Below, in pieces: positions 37,037-46,426 of a stretch of DNA of 54,021 nt. A program made the position numbers and the translations under genes. The notes beneath the pieces were generated by a model. That model was not told the DNA's origin and made no database searches. It worked only from the letters and a program-made list of their open reading frames with translations. The DNA comes from a bacterium (GTDB lineage: Bacteria > Patescibacteriota > Minisyncoccia > Phycocordibacterales > JAKAEA01), in assembly GCA_021785065.1 (NCBI GenBank), contig JAJYGQ010000019.1:1-54021 (forward strand), in the 5' to 3' direction. Numbering within the stretch: the stretch's first letter is position 1; every line of letters begins with the position of its first letter.

Positions 37037-38323
37037 ATGCGTTTCAATTGGAATTTTTTTAAAAGTAAAATAGGAACTTCAACAAATATTATTATTGGCG
37101 TGGTGATTGTTGGTATCGCATTTATTATTGGTATGTATGTTGGGGGAAATAATGCGAATGGTTTTGTTTCGTCATTACCGCCATCGTTTGTTAATAATGC
37201 GAGCGTCGGGCAGCCCGCATCTGTTGATTTTGCTCCGTTTTGGCAGGCTTGGCATATTTTGCAAGATACTTATGTTCCGGCTGGTGGCCTTGCTAGTACT
37301 ACCAATCAAGATAGAGTTTGGGGCGCCATTAAAGGTTTAGCTGATAGTTATGGCGATCCCTACACCACCTTTTTCCCGCCTAAGGAAGAAAAAAGTTTTC
37401 AGACTGAAATTACAGGAAACTTTGGCGGTATTGGTATGGAAGTAGGAGAAAAGAATGGAACGATTATTGTCATTGCTCCGCTCAAGGGGTCGCCGGCCGC
37501 GGCGGCTGGTATTGTTGCGGGTGATGCAATTTTGAAAATTAATGCGAGCTCAACCGCATCGATGACCATTGATCAGGCTGTTAATCTTATTCGTGGTCCT
37601 GTGGGGACAACGGTGCATCTTACGATTATCGGGCCCACCGATCGCGAACCTAAAACAATCGCAATAACTCGTCAAACCATTAGCATTCCTGAAATTAATA
37701 CTCAAAAATTACCCAACGGTATTTTTGACATTCAGCTTTATACTTTTACCACCGATTCCGCAACGCTCTTCCGCAACGCTCTTATAAAATTTGTTCAATC
37801 GGGCGACCAAAAACTTATTCTCGATTTGCGCGGTAATCCTGGCGGCTATCTTGATGCCGCAGTAGATATGGCCAGCTTCTTCTTACCGAGTAACGATATA
37901 GTTGTTCGGGAAGATGGGGGAAATGGCAATAATCACATTTACTACAGTAAGGGATATGATGTGTTTAATCCTCAGAAGGATCCCAACTTTAAAATGGCAA
38001 TTCTGGTAGATGGCGGCTCAGCGTCGGCGGCGGAAATCCTTTCATCGGCGCTGCAAGAAAATGGTGTTGCCAAGCTTGTGGGCACACAGACGTTCGGTAA
38101 GGGTTCAGTACAAGAGCTTATCCCGTTAACGAGTGCTACAGCTCTTAAAATTACCGTAGCTCGCTGGTTGACACCCAATAATAGCTGGATTTCCGGCGTT
38201 GGTATTACACCTAATTATATCGTGCCACTAACTGCGAAAAATACAGCCGGCGGTGTCGATCCACAATTACAGGCCGCCGAAAATATCTTGTTGGGTAAGG
38301 CGGCTACTTCAACGACTCCGTAG
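37037..38323 (+). CDS. S41 family carboxy-terminal processing protease
   Basis: GDPYT, GIG PDZ motif, DLRGNPGG, SASAAE and GKGSVQ. Confidence 0.93.
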   Translation: MRFNWNFFKSKIGTSTNIIIGVVIVGIAFIIGMYVGGNNANGFVSSLPPSFVNNASVGQPASVDFAPFWQAWHILQDTYVPAGGLASTTNQDRVWGAIKGLADSYGDPYTTFFPPKEEKSFQTEITGNFGGIGMEVGEKNGTIIVIAPLKGSPAAAAGIVAGDAILKINASSTASMTIDQAVNLIRGPVGTTVHLTIIGPTDREPKTIAITRQTISIPEINTQKLPNGIFDIQLYTFTTDSATLFRNALIKFVQSGDQKLILDLRGNPGGYLDAAVDMASFFLPSNDIVVREDGGNGNNHIYYSKGYDVFNPQKDPNFKMAILVDGGSASAAEILSSALQENGVAKLVGTQTFGKGSVQELIPLTSATALKITVARWLTPNNSWISGVGITPNYIVPLTAKNTAGGVDPQLQAAENILLGKAATSTTP

Positions 38324-38384
38324 TAGCTAGACAAAATCCCTTAATTAGTATAGTATCTTCCGACGTTCCGTAATCTTTTAATTT

Positions 38385-38828
38385 ATGAAAATCATTTTAC
38401 TTAAAGACGTTGCTAATGTTGGTCAGCGGTTTGATGTTAAGAATGTAGCTGATGGTTTTGCCTTGAATTTTTTAATTCCTCAAAAGGCAGCTGAAGTCGC
38501 TACTGAAGCCGCGCTCAAGAAAGTTGCTACCCTTAAAGCGGCGGCAGAAGCCGAGCGAAAAGTGCAGCACGAACTCCTCGCTAAGAATCTCAAGGAGCTT
38601 AATGGTATAACAGTTACTATATCTGCGGAAGCTAATGAACAAGGCCACCTATTCAAAGGCCTTCATCAGAAAGAAATCGTTACTGCTATTGCTGAGCAAA
38701 CAAAGCTCGCTGTGCCATTCGAATCTTTACAACTAGAAAAACCTATTAAAGAGGTAGGTGACCATAAAGTCATTGTTGTCGTCGGAGATAAAAAAGCAAC
38801 AATTACTGTCGCAATTAGCGCTAAATAA
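38385..38828 (+). CDS. rplI: 50S ribosomal protein L9
   Basis: MKIILLKDV...VADGFALNFLIP and GHLF. Confidence 0.95.
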   Translation: MKIILLKDVANVGQRFDVKNVADGFALNFLIPQKAAEVATEAALKKVATLKAAAEAERKVQHELLAKNLKELNGITVTISAEANEQGHLFKGLHQKEIVTAIAEQTKLAVPFESLQLEKPIKEVGDHKVIVVVGDKKATITVAISAK

Positions 38829-38835
38829 TAACTAT

Positions 38836-38886
38836 AAAAAAAGTCTCAGGAGAGTATCATAGCGACCTCTTCACGAGACCTTTTTT
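38836..38886. terminator. Bidirectional terminator between rplI and rpmA
   Basis: A-tract, GTCTC...GAGAC with an inner stem, T-tract. Confidence 0.55.
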
Positions 38887-39160
38887 ATTTGAGAACGCTA
38901 ACAATTTTCTTAGTAATTTTTGCGCCGTTAAAACGCTGAACACGCTTATTACCAAATTTTACAGTACCATCGATAAGAGCAAAGAGGGAATAATCTTTTG
39001 CGGTGCCTACATTTTTACCAGCGCGATACACGGTGCCGCGTTGTCGCACAATAACGTTACCTGTTTTTATTTTTTGGCCATCGGTAACCTTAACCCCTAA
39101 ATATTGCGGGCCTGAATCACTAAGGTTTCTCGCTGTACCGCCAGCTTTTTTATGCGCCAT
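38885..39160 (-). CDS. rpmA: 50S ribosomal protein L27
   Basis: MAHKKAGGT and IVRQRGT. Confidence 0.97.
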   Translation of the reverse strand: MAHKKAGGTARNLSDSGPQYLGVKVTDGQKIKTGNVIVRQRGTVYRAGKNVGTAKDYSLFALIDGTVKFGNKRVQRFNGAKITKKIVSVLK

Positions 39161-39241
39161 AGTTTGTTGTGTTTAAAATTTAGAATTCTTTAATGAGAAT
39201 TTTATCTCTTTTCGGCCATACTTGTTGCACGGCGAAGTGCA

Positions 39242-39592
39242 ATGACTATACTAAAAACATCGAGAAAAAGCAAGATATCCAATAAAACCCCTCTGTATAC
39301 AGTTATCTTGCTTTTTGTACTAATCGGTGAGTGCTTTATAGTGCATCAACTAGCCAAAAATCAGCCACCTGTTACTATAGATACTACTCGGGAAAAAGCG
39401 GCTCCCGTACAGTTTACCGATGCCTCGCTCAAGTTGTTTATTGCTTCGCGACGAGGAAAAACATACTATTACCCCTGGTGTAGTGGTGGTATGAATATTT
39501 CCGAAGCCAATAGGATTTGGTTTCTAAGTCAAGCGGTTGCTCAAGATGCTGGCTACGTATCATCAAAGTCTTGTAAAGATTTATTACCATGA
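39242..39592 (+). CDS. Membrane-anchored protein with an Ada-type metal-binding-like domain
   Basis: TM helix then ASRRGKTYYYPWC...NRIWF...A...GY...C. Confidence 0.72.
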   Translation: MTILKTSRKSKISNKTPLYTVILLFVLIGECFIVHQLAKNQPPVTIDTTREKAAPVQFTDASLKLFIASRRGKTYYYPWCSGGMNISEANRIWFLSQAVAQDAGYVSSKSCKDLLP

Positions 39593-40626
39593 ATGCAACT
39601 TCTTCTCAGATTTGGGATCGTATCGCTACGGCACAGCGAATTCTTTTACATTGCCATCCTAATACTGATGGTGACAGCGTTGGTGGCGTGTTAGCCACGG
39701 CTCAAGTGCTCACTAACCTTGGTAAAAACGTTACCGTTATTGCTGGTGATAATGAACCATTACCCCACTACCTATCGTTTTTACCCGGCTATGCCACTAT
39801 TCTCTCAAAAGATTTTTTTCAGATTGATCTTGCTAGTTTCGATTTGTTTCTGATTTTAGATGCGGCGGCACCATCTCAAATCTCGCGAAAGGCGCCCATT
39901 TTGTTTCCCTTGGCTATTCCTAGTGTGGTTATTGATCATCACGTATCCAATACTTCGTTTGGCGACGAAAATTTAATAGATACTGAGTCTCCAGCGACGT
40001 GCCAGATTCTCTACGGGCTTTTTAAGGAGTGGGGGATAGATATTACTCACGATATTGCTCTTTGTCTTTTTATTGGCATATATACCGATACTGGTGGATT
40101 CAAGTATGCCCTCACAACAGAAAAAACGTTTCGAATAGCCGCCGATTTAACGAGTAAAGTGCCGGAATTTACCGATTACCTGTTTACTTTAATAAATACA
40201 ACATCGCCAACCCGAATTGCCTTTATGAAGATTGCCTATGCTAATGCGAGGGTTTGGTACCGTTCAGTGGCTATTAGCTCTATTTCGTATAAAGAAATTG
40301 TCGAAAATAAGATAGATCATGACGGTTTAGATACCAGTGGCTTTGCGGGTATTTTAAAAACAGTTACGGGGTGGGATATTGGTATTATGTGTACTGAAGA
40401 AAAAGAGGGGGAGACGAAGGTGAGCTTTAGAACTCGTGATGTAAAGCGTTATGATGTGGCAAAATTGGCTGGCGTGCTCGGCGGCGGCGGCCATCCGGCC
40501 GCCGCCGCAACCTACATAAAAGCCCCCTTAGACGAAACGCTTAGGCAAATTTACGAAATATTACCCAAAATCTATCCAGAACTCGTTTCCGCCGCCGCCC
40601 CAATTTTCGAAAAACAACACATTTGA
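39589..40626 (+). CDS. nrnA: DHH/DHHA1 phosphoesterase (NrnA-like)
   Basis: HPNTDGD, IDHH, DTGGF, SFR and GGGHPAAA. Confidence 0.9.
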   Translation: MNATSSQIWDRIATAQRILLHCHPNTDGDSVGGVLATAQVLTNLGKNVTVIAGDNEPLPHYLSFLPGYATILSKDFFQIDLASFDLFLILDAAAPSQISRKAPILFPLAIPSVVIDHHVSNTSFGDENLIDTESPATCQILYGLFKEWGIDITHDIALCLFIGIYTDTGGFKYALTTEKTFRIAADLTSKVPEFTDYLFTLINTTSPTRIAFMKIAYANARVWYRSVAISSISYKEIVENKIDHDGLDTSGFAGILKTVTGWDIGIMCTEEKEGETKVSFRTRDVKRYDVAKLAGVLGGGGHPAAAATYIKAPLDETLRQIYEILPKIYPELVSAAAPIFEKQHI

Positions 40627-40724
40627 AAAAAAGTCAATAATCTAGCATAACCATTTTCGCTAAATAAGGACTATACAAAGCCATATTTTTACTATTGCCA
40701 CATCAAAAAATCTATTGCCTTCTA

Positions 40725-40753
40725 TTGACATCGGCAAACAAGCTTGTTATAAT
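40725..40753 (+). promoter_or_regulatory. Perfect sigma70 promoter with upstream CTATTG repeats
   Basis: TTGACA-17 nt-TATAAT; CTATTG at 40692, 40712 and 40722. Confidence 0.8.
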
Positions 40754-40854
40754 AGAGCCATTCAGAGCGCGGCTCTGATTTTTATTTTCTGTAAAGAAGC
40801 ATTTCGGTTTGGTCACCGGAACGCCCAAAGGTTTATTACCATAACAGTTCACGT

Positions 40855-41349
40855 ATTATATCCCTTACGGCTGCTGTAGCTTTACTTTTATCGACAACTC
40901 TTGCTCCTTCAAATAGTATTCTGGCATATCAAAATACGATTTCTACTCCAGTAGTTAATCCAGTATCAACCACTTCTTTGTCAGCAGACACCTCTGCTAC
41001 AAGTTCAACTCTAATAACCGCGTCTTCAAATAACGCTTCAACAACCGATCCTATAAACGTAAAGGAATATGTTGAGCATTACTTTGTCGCCACGCCGCTT
41101 CTTATTCGAATTGCCGGCTGTGAGTCACAGTTTCGTCAATATGACAAAAACGGTAATGTGTTACGTGGTAACATCGTACACCAAGACGTTGGCGTGATGC
41201 AGATTAACGAAACCTACCAAGGCGCGCTTGCTTCAGCCCTCGGTTACAACATCTACACCCTTCAAGGTAATGTTGCCTACGCTAAATGGCTCTACGATCA
41301 GGAAGGTGCTCAGCCTTGGTCATCTTCAAGCGCATGCTGGAGTCGATAA
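40855..41349 (+). CDS. Secreted lysozyme-like/lytic transglycosylase-like protein (start uncertain)
   Basis: IAGCES, GVMQIN and PW motifs. The frame is open from 40795 and encodes a signal peptide upstream of the first TTG (40978). Confidence 0.75.
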   Translation: MISLTAAVALLLSTTLAPSNSILAYQNTISTPVVNPVSTTSLSADTSATSSTLITASSNNASTTDPINVKEYVEHYFVATPLLIRIAGCESQFRQYDKNGNVLRGNIVHQDVGVMQINETYQGALASALGYNIYTLQGNVAYAKWLYDQEGAQPWSSSSACWSR

Positions 41350-41398
41350 TCATTCTGTAATTTTTTCGGTATGTAGCTATCACTATCTCAGGAGAGTC

Positions 41399-41433
41399 GA
41401 AAATCACCTCACGCAGGACGCGGGGTGATTTTC
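41399..41433. terminator. Bidirectional terminator
   Basis: GAAAATCACC/GGTGATTTTC inverted repeat between convergent genes. Confidence 0.7.
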
Positions 41434-42226
41434 ATTTTAAAAATCCTTGCAGAATTTTAGCTGTTTCTTCAGGGCCCTGTACGGCTACACATGTCGCACC
41501 TACCGTGAGGGCAGGGGCGTCATTGCCATCGGGAAAAAGCTCATCACCAAAATACAACATACGCCGAGCAGAAATATGTAGTGTCGTAAGTAGTTTTCGA
41601 AGGCCGTACGCCTTATCGATTCCAGCTCGAGTCACATCAATAGATGTGGCTCCGCCAATATGAATAGCGCAGCCCGGTAATAAGGGTTTCAGCACAGCTA
41701 TCATAGCAGCTCTTTTTTTATGATCAGGATCCCAAGTTTCTTTAACAGTAAGCGGTGCGTGCATGCCATATGCCGAAAAAGTAACTTGAGTTGAGCGATC
41801 CTCGATAATTTGCCCGTACGTTTTTTGTGGTTTTATGAAGCCTGTTGCAGTAAAAGCCTGCTCAAAAGCATCGATAATCTTTTTCTTTTCTTCATCGGTA
41901 AAAGGTCGATCTTTTTGGCAATGCCATTGACTATCAGTATTGTAACGGCACATTTCACCGCCATCAGTTGGCAGAATAGTCAAATTAGAAAGAAAAGCGG
42001 GCGGGCAAGGGAGGTTTTTTAAAAACTGAGTCTCGAACTGACTGAAAGAAGCACCGGAAATAACCGCCACTTTCCAACGCTGAAGGATCTGTGCCAATAT
42101 TTTAGCCATTTCGGGTTGTAGGGGAGATTTACTGGGTGCTAGGGTCCCATCAAGGTCAAAGGCGAAAATATCTATATGTTCCGCTACATTTTTTGTTATT
42201 TTGCTAGGTAAAATTAGAGCACACAT
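41432..42226 (-). CDS. HAD-IIB hydrolase, phosphomannomutase-like
   Basis: FDLDGTLA, ISG, EDRSTQVTFS, GGATSIDV, DKAYG and FGD...GND. Confidence 0.85.
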   Translation of the reverse strand: MCALILPSKITKNVAEHIDIFAFDLDGTLAPSKSPLQPEMAKILAQILQRWKVAVISGASFSQFETQFLKNLPCPPAFLSNLTILPTDGGEMCRYNTDSQWHCQKDRPFTDEEKKKIIDAFEQAFTATGFIKPQKTYGQIIEDRSTQVTFSAYGMHAPLTVKETWDPDHKKRAAMIAVLKPLLPGCAIHIGGATSIDVTRAGIDKAYGLRKLLTTLHISARRMLYFGDELFPDGNDAPALTVGATCVAVQGPEETAKILQGFLK

Positions 42227-42331
42227 ATCAACACCCCTACTATACCAAAAATACTCGCAAAATCGTATACTTATATTGTTACAAATCGCTCTACTAAACG
42301 TAGTATGTATAGGGCGATTTGGCTTAGCACC

Positions 42332-42886
42332 ATGCGCCAATTAGATAATGAAAAAGACCTCATAGCTCGCTGCCAAAATGGCGAAACCGCTTTTTTTGGC
42401 GCACTCTATGATCGCTATGTCAGGATTATCTACAGTTTTATTTATTACAAAACTTTTCAAAAGGAAGTAGCGGAAGACCTTACCAGCGAAACCTTTTTTA
42501 AAGCGCTGAGTTATATTCACACGGTTGATCCTCACCGATCATTCCAGTCTTGGCTTTACAAAATCGCACAAAATTGTGTCATTGACCATTTTCGTCGCGA
42601 ACGGAAGACTGAACACGTAGATGATGTCTGGGATATCGCTGATGATACCAATCTTGAGATAGATGCAAATGTCTCGTTGCAAATTGGTGCATTGCGCCAA
42701 GAGCTTAGTCAGTTGTCTCGTGTACAGCGTGACATCATTATCATGCGAGTATGGCAAGAATTACCCTATCGAGAAATTGCCGAGATAGTAGGGAAGAGCG
42801 AAGCAAGTTGCAAGATGAATTATTCCCGCGCAGTTAAACATCTTAAAAAAGTCGTCCCTATCACCGTAGGTAGTACCGATCACTAA
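42332..42886 (+). CDS. ECF RNA polymerase sigma factor
   Basis: AEDLTSETFFKA, FQSWLYKIAQN and YREIAEIVG. Confidence 0.92.
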   Translation: MRQLDNEKDLIARCQNGETAFFGALYDRYVRIIYSFIYYKTFQKEVAEDLTSETFFKALSYIHTVDPHRSFQSWLYKIAQNCVIDHFRRERKTEHVDDVWDIADDTNLEIDANVSLQIGALRQELSQLSRVQRDIIIMRVWQELPYREIAEIVGKSEASCKMNYSRAVKHLKKVVPITVGSTDH

Positions 42887-44250
42887 TGAATTCAATAGAA
42901 GAAATTTTAGCAGAGTTATATGCTATTGATGCTAGCTTCAAACGTCATGAAGCGGATTTGCGCTTGCTCGTTAAGCGCCTCCGTCTAGCGAAGCCAGATT
43001 TTTCTGTTGACGATGCCTTTGTACGACGTCTCCGCTCTGACATACTTCATGGCGGTAAACCAAAACCAGTCGGTTTTCTTATGCGTTCTTACTTTGTCCA
43101 GGTAAGTAAAAATCTTTTTCGCTCAAGCGCTTTAGGTACGGCAGTTGCTCTTGTGTTACTGGTGCCGCTTGCATATGCAGCGCAGTTGTATCGTCAAAAT
43201 CATTTAAAAAACTATCAAGTAGATAATGCGCTGGTGTCGCTTGGTCAACAGCAAGAAATTTCTTATAAGCCGCAAAATGCATTTGGTACAGTTGCTTTAA
43301 CCGTTGTTTCCACCACGTCTCCAGCTACTTCGACGCCAATGTTGCCAACAGCGTCGCTTATGTCCGCTGCTAGCGCCACGTCAAGTGCAACTTCATCAGT
43401 GGCGCTCGCGGTAAAAACAACAATCGCAAGCACCACGTCTCCAGCTTATCTTTTCGTGGGTGTACCTACTCCACTCAACAAGCCCACAGCGAATGTTGTA
43501 GAGACCGACACGAGTAGCGCTGCTCGATCCGAGCTCCTCAGTAATATTCAAAGTCTTGGTTTTGAGTTAACCGATATGACTTCTATTGCTAATACTAACG
43601 ACAGTGTGGGAGTAATTGAGGTGCAAGAAACGAAGCCGTTTGGCTACATCGTATCTATGAATTTAAATAAGATGACTATCCAGATTTCCAAAAATCCAGC
43701 CACATGGTTAAACCGGAATGATTTACCTCTAACTCCCGATACTAATGCCACTGATACTGTTGCTGTTGCTAATGTTTTTCTGCAAGCCCACAATATTAAC
43801 ACCTCTAATTATGGTTCTCCGGTTTTGTGGTCAGAAAATTCCGCAAGCTCAACAGCAACAGTTTTATTCCCGCTCATTATTGATCAAGAAAAAGTCTACA
43901 ACATTGATGGAAACCCCTACGGCATGCTTGTTTCGGTTGATCAAAAGTTGCGAAAAGTAACGAGCGTGACAGGTATTTCTCTACAACGATACACCGCTTC
44001 GCCGTATCCTATTGAGACTAATTTTTCAAATATTCTTGCTGCACTTCACGCCACCACCACCGTCGCTACTTCAACAGTAGCTCACGCTACGTCAACGCCG
44101 CCCTTACCTCGGCTTACAACACCCCGAGCGGGCTTAATTCGATATGTAACAGGCGGCCAAGAATTTTTTGTGCCCGGGTTGGTTTTCCCCGTAGCATCGT
44201 CTACCCGCGCTCTGACGGTATCGCTTTTAAAAAATTCTACTGGAAAATAA
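42886..44250 (+). CDS. Putative anti-sigma factor (cytoplasmic N-terminus, TM, Ser/Thr-rich exported domain)
   Basis: Translationally coupled to the ECF sigma (TAATG overlap); FVRRLRSDI segment and a single TM helix. Confidence 0.65.
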   Translation: MNSIEEILAELYAIDASFKRHEADLRLLVKRLRLAKPDFSVDDAFVRRLRSDILHGGKPKPVGFLMRSYFVQVSKNLFRSSALGTAVALVLLVPLAYAAQLYRQNHLKNYQVDNALVSLGQQQEISYKPQNAFGTVALTVVSTTSPATSTPMLPTASLMSAASATSSATSSVALAVKTTIASTTSPAYLFVGVPTPLNKPTANVVETDTSSAARSELLSNIQSLGFELTDMTSIANTNDSVGVIEVQETKPFGYIVSMNLNKMTIQISKNPATWLNRNDLPLTPDTNATDTVAVANVFLQAHNINTSNYGSPVLWSENSASSTATVLFPLIIDQEKVYNIDGNPYGMLVSVDQKLRKVTSVTGISLQRYTASPYPIETNFSNILAALHATTTVATSTVAHATSTPPLPRLTTPRAGLIRYVTGGQEFFVPGLVFPVASSTRALTVSLLKNSTGK

Positions 44251-44277
44251 TTTAGAAGTCTTGTATACTAAAAGAAA

Positions 44278-45741
44278 ATGAAGAAATTTCTGATTGTCAT
44301 TGCGGCAAGTGTTTTTGTTGCTGCGGTCATGATAGTGTACGCCTTTTATTTTATTCCAGAGCCGAACGTGCATCTTTTTCATACCACGGCGGCCAAGATA
44401 ACTAATCTTTCTCAAATTGTCTCTGCTAATGGGACGGTTGCTGCCGCGACCGAAGATAATCTCGCCTTCCAAAAAAGCGGAACACTCGCCACGGTGAACG
44501 TAAACGTGGGTGACCATGTGAGCCGGGGAGAAGTGCTAGCAACACTTGATAGTTCCAGTGATCAGGCCGCAGTAGCATCTGCTCAGGCCACTCTCGAAGA
44601 GTTGTCTCGTAACTTAACTCCTCAAGAGCTTGCAGTGCAGCGTGCCAACTTAGAAACCGCGCAAAACAACGCTTTGTTGGCAGTAACCAATGCCTATAAC
44701 GAAGTACAAAGCACTCTCGTTAATGATGCTAATACGCTCTTTACCAACCCTCAATCAGCAGATCCTGTACTTCTCATACAAACTCAAACGGAGGGGCAGG
44801 CTCAGGAAATTGAAAGCGAACAAGTAAAAATTGGTATTATGTTGGGAACCTGGAATAATCAAATTACGGCGGCAACCACAACGGGAGCGCAGGCATTGCT
44901 TGCTACATCACAGCAATACCTCTCGACGATCACTACGTTTAGCGACAACCTTTCTGCCGCCGCTAAAGCTCTAGCTCAGGTAAACGCTCCCTCGCCAACC
45001 AACGCCGCTACCTATCTTGCTACCACAAACACAATTAGTACCAATATTGCTGCAGCAGTAAGTGACATTACCTCAGCCCAAACTGCTCTGGCCACCGCCC
45101 AATCAAATTACAATTTGAAACTTGCTGGCAATACAAGCCAGACAATTGCCGCGCAAGCCGCTCAAGTTCAGGAAGCCGAAGCTAGCTTGGCTGAAGATAC
45201 GCTCACTGCTCCTGTGAACGGCATTATTACCGAGTCGGATGGTAACGTAGGTGAAACGGTAACTGCCAACACACCTTTCATACATCTTATTTCTGATACG
45301 CCGTACCAAATGAACGTTTATTTACCAGAAAATTCAATCGGTCTTGTGGCGCTTAATCAAGATGCGACTGTGACGCTCGACGCCTATGGCCCGTCAGTTG
45401 CCTTTCCGGCGACGGTGGTAACGATTGACCCTGGTCAAACTATTGTAAACGGCGTTGGTATGTATAAAGTCACCCTCCAGTTTACTGCCCTCGATCCGCG
45501 TATTAAAGATGGTATGACGGGTAATGCCGCCATTGTTGTTGCTCAGAAAAATAATGTGCTCGCCGTTCCCAAGAGCGCCATCTTTAATAACGACGGTGCC
45601 CCACTCGTGCTCGTCGAATCAGCTTCTTCGAAGCTCCAAACACAGCCGGTAACGGTTGGCGTAACGGGGGCGTATGGCTGGACGGAAATTGATAGCGGTC
45701 TTATGCCTGGGGAACAAGTGGTGACGTTTGGTAATAATTAA
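44278..45741 (+). CDS. Efflux membrane fusion (adaptor) protein with a long helical domain
   Basis: VNVGDHVSRGEVLA and LTAPVNG lipoyl halves; GMTG and VLAVPKSA. Confidence 0.88.
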   Translation: MKKFLIVIAASVFVAAVMIVYAFYFIPEPNVHLFHTTAAKITNLSQIVSANGTVAAATEDNLAFQKSGTLATVNVNVGDHVSRGEVLATLDSSSDQAAVASAQATLEELSRNLTPQELAVQRANLETAQNNALLAVTNAYNEVQSTLVNDANTLFTNPQSADPVLLIQTQTEGQAQEIESEQVKIGIMLGTWNNQITAATTTGAQALLATSQQYLSTITTFSDNLSAAAKALAQVNAPSPTNAATYLATTNTISTNIAAAVSDITSAQTALATAQSNYNLKLAGNTSQTIAAQAAQVQEAEASLAEDTLTAPVNGIITESDGNVGETVTANTPFIHLISDTPYQMNVYLPENSIGLVALNQDATVTLDAYGPSVAFPATVVTIDPGQTIVNGVGMYKVTLQFTALDPRIKDGMTGNAAIVVAQKNNVLAVPKSAIFNNDGAPLVLVESASSKLQTQPVTVGVTGAYGWTEIDSGLMPGEQVVTFGNN

Positions 45742-45756
45742 GAGTGCAACATATTT

Positions 45757-46422
45757 ATGACTGAAACATCTCACGAACACGAACACAAAAAACAACCAGT
45801 ATTGCTTGTACGCATTCTCAAGAATCCTTGGTTTTACGTAACACTTTTATGTGTGGCAATTATTGCTGGCGGCGGCCTCTTCTTATTTATGCGTATTACT
45901 AATTCTCGTGTCTATACTGATACCGCTTCAATTTCCGCGCCGGAAATTTCTTTAGCTCCTACCACGGCAGGTACTCTGCAGCAAATATATGTTCAAGATG
46001 GTGATTTTGTGAAAGCTAATACGCCGGTTGCTCGCGTAGGAAACGAGCTTATTAAAACAACCATCGACTCTATTGTCGTTTCGGAAAACAATAATATCGG
46101 AGCGCTTTTTAATCCTGGTCAACCAGTAGTGACTGTAATTGAACCCTCGCAGCTACGCGTTGACGCTCAAGTTGAAGAAGACAAGGGTCTCAATCGAATT
46201 AAAGTAGGGGATAGGGTCATTTTTACTGTTGATGCGTTTGGCGCAAAACAATACGTTGGTGTTGTTTCAAGTATTAGTCCGACCGCTACCGCGAGCGATG
46301 TGGTCTTTAATATTTCTAACACTCGCCAAGAGCAAAATTTTGACGTTAAAATTCGTTTTGATACTAGCGCATACCCGGAATTAAAAAACGGCATGTCGGC
46401 CCGCGCCTGGATTTACCAGTAA
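45757..46422 (+). CDS. Short HlyD/EmrA-like adaptor protein
   Basis: TM helix, VQDGDFVK, IKVGDRV.FTVDAF and LKNGMSA. Confidence 0.82.
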   Translation: MTETSHEHEHKKQPVLLVRILKNPWFYVTLLCVAIIAGGGLFLFMRITNSRVYTDTASISAPEISLAPTTAGTLQQIYVQDGDFVKANTPVARVGNELIKTTIDSIVVSENNNIGALFNPGQPVVTVIEPSQLRVDAQVEEDKGLNRIKVGDRVIFTVDAFGAKQYVGVVSSISPTATASDVVFNISNTRQEQNFDVKIRFDTSAYPELKNGMSARAWIYQ

Positions 46423-46426
46423 TACT

